A stretch of 12,035 bases of DNA from Candidatus Thorarchaeota archaeon (GTDB lineage: Archaea; Asgardarchaeota; Thorarchaeia; Thorarchaeales; Thorarchaeaceae), in the NCBI GenBank assembly GCA_048882485.1, contig JBHLRP010000075.1, positions 1-12,035 on the forward strand, in the 5' to 3' direction. The translations under genes were made by a program, and so were the position numbers. Every line of letters starts with the position of its first letter. The first letter of the stretch is position 1. The notes below the pieces were generated by a model. It ran no database searches and was not told the DNA's origin. It saw only the letters and a program-made list of their open reading frames with translations. Positions 7,182 through 12,035 of the stretch are shown piece after piece.

Positions 7182-7859
7182 TCAGGCTTTGTGCAGCGGG
7201 ACTATTGTGAGTGTTATTGAATCGTTGTCCTTGAGCTTCAGCTTGGCCCTCAGGTTGACCTCCGAGATGACCTCCAAGATCTCTTGTCCATGGTGAGTTC
7301 TCTGCGCGATGACGACAGCGCCATCAATTTTCTCGTTTATTTTAGCACGATAGCAGACTACATCACCAAATGACCGACCCTCATGAGTGAATCCTGGCAC
7401 GATAAGCGGGGGTGTCTGCTTCATTCTGTTTATCGCACTCCGTGAGTCATCATCAACAATCTTGACATTAAGGGTGCCAGAAAATGGCTCGAATCCAAGT
7501 GCATCATAGAATCTAGGAGCATATGCATCGACATAGTACGCGCCTTGCCCAAGGCCGTGCACAACCCGCCCAGCTATTACTATCTCCTCCTCAAAGGGAA
7601 CAAGCGCAAGTTCGAGGCCTGTCCTCACGCTCTTCAGTTCCTTGACGCCTTTTTTGGATATCTGAATAAGCATCCCATTTGCCGTATGTATTCTATTCAC
7701 ATAGCCCTCATCAGCACAGTAGGTCACTCTGCGGGATGCAGTCTGCTGGCTAACTCCTAGTAAATCACCAAGCTTTCGAGTTGTCAGGACGGTTCTCTTA
7801 TGAACTGCACCTTCTTTAGCCAGTACATAGAGAGTGAACCAAACATCAGGTGCAATCAT
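7182..7859 (-). CDS. ribK: CTP-dependent riboflavin kinase with N-terminal winged HTH (RbkR-type bifunctional kinase/regulator)
   Basis: HTH TTRKLGDLLGVSQQTASR; kinase motifs GRVVHGLGQGAYY, PFSGTLNV, RTHH..EILEVIS..NLR..L.LKD.D. SD AGGAG at 7871-7875. Confidence 0.92.
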   Translation of the reverse strand: MIAPDVWFTLYVLAKEGAVHKRTVLTTRKLGDLLGVSQQTASRRVTYCADEGYVNRIHTANGMLIQISKKGVKELKSVRTGLELALVPFEEEIVIAGRVVHGLGQGAYYVDAYAPRFYDALGFEPFSGTLNVKIVDDDSRSAINRMKQTPPLIVPGFTHEGRSFGDVVCYRAKINEKIDGAVVIAQRTHHGQEILEVISEVNLRAKLKLKDNDSITLTIVPLHKA

Positions 7860-7887
7860 CTTACTCTGCTCTCCTAGCTCTCTCTTA

Positions 7888-8523
7888 TTATTGATTGCCT
7901 CTCAGTCGGTCTTCAAAGCCTCTGAGTTCCTCCACCAGTTTGCTCTGTTGAATCGCTGAAGTGATGTCCCCACGGGTCCGTTCAATGATAGATCTGGCCA
8001 CATCACATTTTCTCCTGAGTTCCGGTACTAGAGCATTTGGAAAATCAAAAGTGTGTAGCTCGTCAAGTATCTCCTCCATGAAACCAAGTAAGTTCACTGC
8101 GGAATCGACCTTCTCCTCTCGAAGTGAGTCCAATACTGCTCTTCTCAATTCGCCGACAGTATCTGCAAGGCCAGTTAGATAGGCTCGTGTCGGAATCCCG
8201 TACTTATCAGGTGGAGTAAAGGCGCCGTCTTTGAGGAGGGCTAATAGATTTGCTGCTTCTGCTACCTCTTGATAGGCAATATCTAGCAACTTGGAGCGGG
8301 ACACGAATTCGCTCCCTTTCATTTCTTTCATAGCCTGCTCTATGATTTCTTGAGCCTGAGATAGAAGATTCTCGGCCGAGTCGAAGTTCCCCCTATGGGT
8401 TTCTTTTATTGACTCACTACATTTTCTTACTGCAGACCTTGACAATGGGAGTACTTTCTCTCGAACTCCATCGTCTGTTTCAATTTCAGCCCTCATGGGC
8501 TTAAGAATCTCGGAAAGCTTCAT
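7888..8523 (-). CDS. Translin/Trax family (archaeal C3PO-like) ribonuclease, COG2178
   Basis: D.VRE....SR, YQEVAEA, YLTGLADTVGELRR, LRRKCDVAR...ERT. ATG 8523 is preceded by SD AGGTGA (8535-8540); GTG 8538 and ATG 8535 are alternatives. Confidence 0.9.
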   Translation of the reverse strand: MKLSEILKPMRAEIETDDGVREKVLPLSRSAVRKCSESIKETHRGNFDSAENLLSQAQEIIEQAMKEMKGSEFVSRSKLLDIAYQEVAEAANLLALLKDGAFTPPDKYGIPTRAYLTGLADTVGELRRAVLDSLREEKVDSAVNLLGFMEEILDELHTFDFPNALVPELRRKCDVARSIIERTRGDITSAIQQSKLVEELRGFEDRLRGNQ

Positions 8524-9559
8524 GGCTGTCGCCATCACCTTGATTATTGTGAATCTTCTTTATGTGTTTCTTACTAGATAGCAGAACGACTCTGCTTTCG
8601 ACCTGCTCGTTTTGAATATAATACCCTGTTAACGATGCTAGCTTCTCAGAAAAGGCACGAATCTCTCGATGTGAAGGTGCATTCTCTTGGGCCAGTCGTC
8701 CCCTGGATGAACCCAGATACATGAACCCCTTTACTTCGATGAAATCGGGTTCTCCCCTAAGAATCATATCCGCGTAGGATCGAACTTCATGCATGTTCTC
8801 TCCCTCGACCATTGTGAGTCGATTCGTGCGCCGACATGAGAGTGAATGAAGCAGCTCCTGTGTTTCGTTCAGTCTTTTCCAGCCTTCAGAAATACCCGGC
8901 CTACATAGATTTCTGTACACCTCTTCATTTGGTGCTGCAAGTGTGATATACAGCTGTGTGGGGAGTGACATCTGAGCTAGCACTTCTGGTTGAGTGCCAT
9001 TTGTTACAAGAAAAGTGGTCATATCACGCTCTTGTGCTTCATCAATGAGTTCGCTTAGATAAGGATAGAGGGTTGGTTCTCCTGCTAATGAAATGGCAAG
9101 ATGCTTTGGATCTCTGGCCTCCTCGTACTTCTTGGCAGGAACACTTGGAGTAACATCAGGGTTGTAACCTCCTAATGACCTAAGGTTCGCCATGAGAGTC
9201 TGGTCTAGCAATTCTGATGGAGGAAGTACATCGTCTTGTGTAATAGATGTCTGATCCCATCCCACACCCACATCCGCAGGTGTGACTCGCCAGCAGAAGT
9301 CGCAGTTCTGAGTGCATTTGTCAACAACTGGAGTCATCTGCAGGCATCTATGGCTTTCAATCCCATAGAATCGCTGCTTATAGCAGACATCTCCATACAG
9401 CAGGCTCTTTCTCTGCCATTGACATGCCTTGAATGCTCCACGCTCTCCTAGAAGATGATACCCCTGCCGTTTGAGCTTCTCTTGCAATTCAGTAGGCATG
9501 TCAGAACTCAATGTACATTCGGGCAGAGTCCGAGGGGCTGTCTTATGAGGGTTTGGCAA
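8501..9559 (-). CDS. taw1: tRNA 4-demethylwyosine (imG-14) synthase Taw1/TYW1, radical SAM
   Basis: Auxiliary-cluster Cx12Cx12C (CQWQRKSLLYGDVCYKQRFYGIESHRC) with the Schiff-base Lys; radical SAM CTQNCDFCWR; AISLAGEPTLYP, FLVTNG, PDFIEVKGFM..G.S, SRVVLL. Start is TTG 9559 or ATG 9499. Confidence 0.95.
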   Translation of the reverse strand: MPNPHKTAPRTLPECTLSSDMPTELQEKLKRQGYHLLGERGAFKACQWQRKSLLYGDVCYKQRFYGIESHRCLQMTPVVDKCTQNCDFCWRVTPADVGVGWDQTSITQDDVLPPSELLDQTLMANLRSLGGYNPDVTPSVPAKKYEEARDPKHLAISLAGEPTLYPYLSELIDEAQERDMTTFLVTNGTQPEVLAQMSLPTQLYITLAAPNEEVYRNLCRPGISEGWKRLNETQELLHSLSCRRTNRLTMVEGENMHEVRSYADMILRGEPDFIEVKGFMYLGSSRGRLAQENAPSHREIRAFSEKLASLTGYYIQNEQVESRVVLLSSKKHIKKIHNNQGDGDSHEAFRDS

Positions 9560-9570
9560 TAGCCATTACA

Positions 9571-10833
9571 TCACTCGGGCGAAGCCAATCTTGTTGCCAG
9601 AGCTTCTTGACTGCTCCATGACCCAGTCAATATACCCCTTCGAGAGAGCTCCCCAAGTGCACTCCTACTATCTTGGTCCAGTCTTCCAGGTGACATGTTC
9701 TCAAAAGCACTCCCTGGCAAGGGCATGAAGACATGGCCGTGGACCTTTGCACCCATATCTGAAAGCATCTCGCACATGTCTATGCTATCATCAAGTTCTT
9801 TCCTTGATTCACCAGGAAGTCCGAATATCATGTCAACATGCGGCGTGAAATCACAATCAAGTGCAATCTCAACTGCGTCTAGCCCTTCCCGTACGGTATG
9901 ATGACGATTGCTATATTCGAGAACTTTGTCACTGGCTGACTGAAGCCCAATCTGGAGCGTATCATTCGCCACATAGGTCCGCATCATCTCCAAGACTTGT
10001 CTGGTGACAAACTCAGGTCTTACCTCAGATGGAAACGCTCCGAAGAATACCTCCTCAAGTCCTTCCACTGATGCGGATTCCTTTAGCAGACGCTCTAGCT
10101 TATCGGGTACCACACTAAGTCCTTTTCCACCATACGATAGGGCATTAGGAGAGAGGAACCATGTTCTCTTGAAGCCTCTTCTTTCAACCGCTTGTTCAAG
10201 CCAATAAACCACCGAATCCACGGATCTGTGTCTTACGCCCCCGCCGGTGAGGAAAGGTGTACAGCAGAATTTGCAGGCAAACGGACACCCTCGAGTCACT
10301 TCTACTGGTCCCAGGATATTCAGACCTAGAGCAAACGGTGGGTAGTCATCAAGCGAAACCGTGGGTCGGTCTCTTGGCTTCGGGATGGAAACATCCTCTT
10401 CTGTGACCACTCCATCTATTTTCGTGGGCTCATCATCATTGATTAGACTATACATCAAATCTCTGAATACCTTCTCACCTTCGCCAATCACGACGAAATC
10501 AAAGCCCGTTCTTATCAATTCCTTGGGCCTTGCACTTGCATGAGGTCCGCCGCCGACGATTATCACGGATTCACCAAATCTGTCCCTTATCCTCTTAGTC
10601 TCATTATAGACTCGATCTATCTGGGTGCTCATGACTGACTGGGCAATGATGACCTGTCCCCGCTCAGCCTCTCGTTGAATCATGTTATCTGAGAGTTCAA
10701 GAGGTGCACTCACCTGAAGGTCATTCAACCGATGGTCTGTTTCTATTGACCCAAGAAGGGCTGCTACGCTATAACGTGAAGAGGAATGTGAACGGAATAT
10801 CAAATGATGGGATGCCAAACAATGCACACGCAC
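9571..10833 (-). CDS. B12-binding domain/radical SAM protein (MJ1487/TIGR04013-like), function unknown
   Basis: Cobalamin-binding region GGGPHAS...DFVVIGEGE; EVTRGCPFACKFC (CxxxCxxC); RHRS, SPNALSYG, FFGAFPSEVRPE, DMIFGLPGE, H.FMPLPGS. Confidence 0.88.
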   Translation of the reverse strand: MRVHCLASHHLIFRSHSSSRYSVAALLGSIETDHRLNDLQVSAPLELSDNMIQREAERGQVIIAQSVMSTQIDRVYNETKRIRDRFGESVIIVGGGPHASARPKELIRTGFDFVVIGEGEKVFRDLMYSLINDDEPTKIDGVVTEEDVSIPKPRDRPTVSLDDYPPFALGLNILGPVEVTRGCPFACKFCCTPFLTGGGVRHRSVDSVVYWLEQAVERRGFKRTWFLSPNALSYGGKGLSVVPDKLERLLKESASVEGLEEVFFGAFPSEVRPEFVTRQVLEMMRTYVANDTLQIGLQSASDKVLEYSNRHHTVREGLDAVEIALDCDFTPHVDMIFGLPGESRKELDDSIDMCEMLSDMGAKVHGHVFMPLPGSAFENMSPGRLDQDSRSALGELSRRGILTGSWSSQEALATRLASPE

Positions 10834-11426
10834 TAGTTGTCAAAGACCTGTTCAGTGACCCCATCCTTGGTCACTGTCATAACGCGTATAGCTCCACCAG
10901 ACTGTGCATCTCTGGCAATTCCAGCCTTCACTGCGTCGACCGCAATCTTCTCAGCTTCCTTGACTGTCAGGCCTTCTTTGTAATCTTTCTCAAGGACACC
11001 GTATGCTGTCTGTGTACCACTCCCTGTAGCTGTAAACTCATCAGGGATGAGTGATCCACCCATGTCTAGGGAGTAGAGTGCAGGGCCGCTTTCATCAACG
11101 CCGACAATCACTGTCTGTACATAAAGGGGTGCCATCTTCTGCTGATAGAGAGTATTGGAGATCATCTTGGAGAGGGCCCTCACGCTGATGGTCTTCTTCT
11201 GATTCAGCTCGTAGAGCTTGATGTAGGCCTGAAGCCTGTTCACAAGCATTTGATAGTCTGACGTTAGTCCAGCAGAGGCCAAGACTATGGAATCAGTCAG
11301 CTTGAACGCCTTGACGCCTTGGTCTGTGAGAATGAAAGTGCCCCAGCTAATCAATGAGTCAGTAGCGACTACGGCACCATCGCTGCATTTTATTCCGACA
11401 ACAGTTGCACCAGTAGGAAGTGACAT
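10833..11426 (-). CDS. psmB: 20S proteasome beta subunit, predicted non-catalytic (Ala at Thr1)
   Basis: MSLPTG-ATVVGIKCSDGAVVATD, AGLTSD, IVGVD..GP.LY..D.GG, ATGSG, ARDAQSG. True start ATG 11426 with SD GGAGGT at 11436-11441. The ORF-track extension to 11681 would overlap nog1. Confidence 0.93.
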   Translation of the reverse strand: MSLPTGATVVGIKCSDGAVVATDSLISWGTFILTDQGVKAFKLTDSIVLASAGLTSDYQMLVNRLQAYIKLYELNQKKTISVRALSKMISNTLYQQKMAPLYVQTVIVGVDESGPALYSLDMGGSLIPDEFTATGSGTQTAYGVLEKDYKEGLTVKEAEKIAVDAVKAGIARDAQSGGAIRVMTVTKDGVTEQVFDN

Positions 11427-11481
11427 TAATACAAGACCTCCGTCGGGACTCACGTCCCAGATTAGGGTCAGGAAGGTTCTG

Positions 11482-11494
11482 TTTAAAACGTTTT
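11482..11494. promoter_or_regulatory. Putative bidirectional TATA box with overlapping palindrome between psmB and nog1
   Basis: TTTAAAA (11482-11488) reads as a TATA box on both strands, sits midway between the divergent starts (11426, 11545) and overlaps the perfect palindrome AAAACGTTTT (11485-11494). Confidence 0.45.
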
Positions 11495-11544
11495 GACCTG
11501 TTCCTTTTGTACGGACAGTAGCTTTCAGGAAATGGTAGTCGGAA

Positions 11545-12035
11545 ATGAAATGGTTGAATCCCTTTGTAAAGATCCCAACAATCATGACTGCAGAGGAGAT
11601 TATAGACTTCGCCCATAGGAAGTCAACAAGACTCAGCATGAAGAGCTCTCTTAGATTAAAGCGGGTTGAACGCACTCGCATCAGAGAGATATCTCGCCTT
11701 CAAGAGTTCACAAAACAGGTCAAGACGAAGCTGAAGAACGCGGTAGAGGACTTTCCTACTCTAGACCGACTTCATCCATTCTACTATGAACTGGCCGAGA
11801 TTCTAGTTGGCACTGATAGACTGAAGCAAGCCCTTGGTGCAGTCTATAATTGCATTCCTCCCATTGACGACATCACAAACAACCATATCCAAGCATTGAA
11901 GCTCGCAGACGACTTCCGGCAGATGAAGAAGACACGCAGGGCTGCAAAGGGGAGGATCTCATCCATCCTACGAGCAACTGCGCCCAATCTGGACTTCATT
12001 ATTGAGGCAAAGATGAAGATGGCTCGTCTTCCTGG
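11545..12035 (+). CDS. nog1: NOG1 family GTP-binding protein (ribosome biogenesis), N-terminal helical domain; 3'-truncated by the window
   Basis: Manual translation of frame 1: MKWLNPFVKIPTIMTAEEIIDFAHRK...REISR...FPTLDRLHPFYYEL...LKQALGAV...AKGRISS...MARLP. It is open to the window end and absent from the ORF track. TTG 11554 is an alternative start. Confidence 0.9.
   Translation, partial: MKWLNPFVKIPTIMTAEEIIDFAHRKSTRLSMKSSLRLKRVERTRIREISRLQEFTKQVKTKLKNAVEDFPTLDRLHPFYYELAEILVGTDRLKQALGAVYNCIPPIDDITNNHIQALKLADDFRQMKKTRRAAKGRISSILRATAPNLDFIIEAKMKMARLP

Noticed and set aside
1-7859. A 'CTP theme' linking the prenyl-alcohol kinase and the riboflavin kinase
   Set aside because: The folds are unrelated, the genes are in different transcription units more than 6 kb apart, and no mechanistic link is visible.
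11427-11681. 85-aa N-terminal extension (apparent long propeptide) on the proteasome beta ORF
   Set aside because: It overlaps nog1 on the opposite strand and the divergent promoter. A strong SD (GGAGGT) supports ATG 11426, so this is an ORF-calling artefact.
1-12035. tRNA/rRNA genes, CRISPR arrays, IS elements, tandem repeats, inteins, frameshifted pseudogenes
   Set aside because: None seen. Intergenic gaps are all under about 120 bp and the complete proteins are close to the expected length for their families.

Overview
A compact, gene-dense archaeal housekeeping region with no mobile elements, CRISPR arrays or recognisable RNA genes. The gene set is archaeal (IPK, CTP-dependent RibK/RbkR, Taw1, Trm5, DUF371, translin, proteasome beta, NOG1). 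A Thr1-less proteasome beta subunit points to a TACK/Asgard lineage (inference). In order: a 5'-truncated FOLK/VTE5-like prenyl-alcohol kinase and isopentenyl phosphate kinase (+); a GT4 glycosyltransferase (-); a tail-to-tail pair of paralogous COG1665-type nucleotidyltransferases, one with an intact DxD and one with DxN; trm5 (+); DUF371 (-); pcm (+); a tightly packed minus-strand run psmB -> B12/radical SAM (MJ1487-like) -> taw1 -> translin -> rbkR; and the 5' part of a NOG1 GTPase (+) that the ORF track missed. The best leads are (i) the active/degenerate nucleotidyltransferase pair, (ii) a candidate two-step isoprenoid-alcohol salvage module, and (iii) an orphan cobalamin-dependent radical SAM enzyme and a translin nuclease flanking taw1 in a wyosine/tRNA-maturation neighbourhood. 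Family assignments come from motif recognition only; no searches were run.
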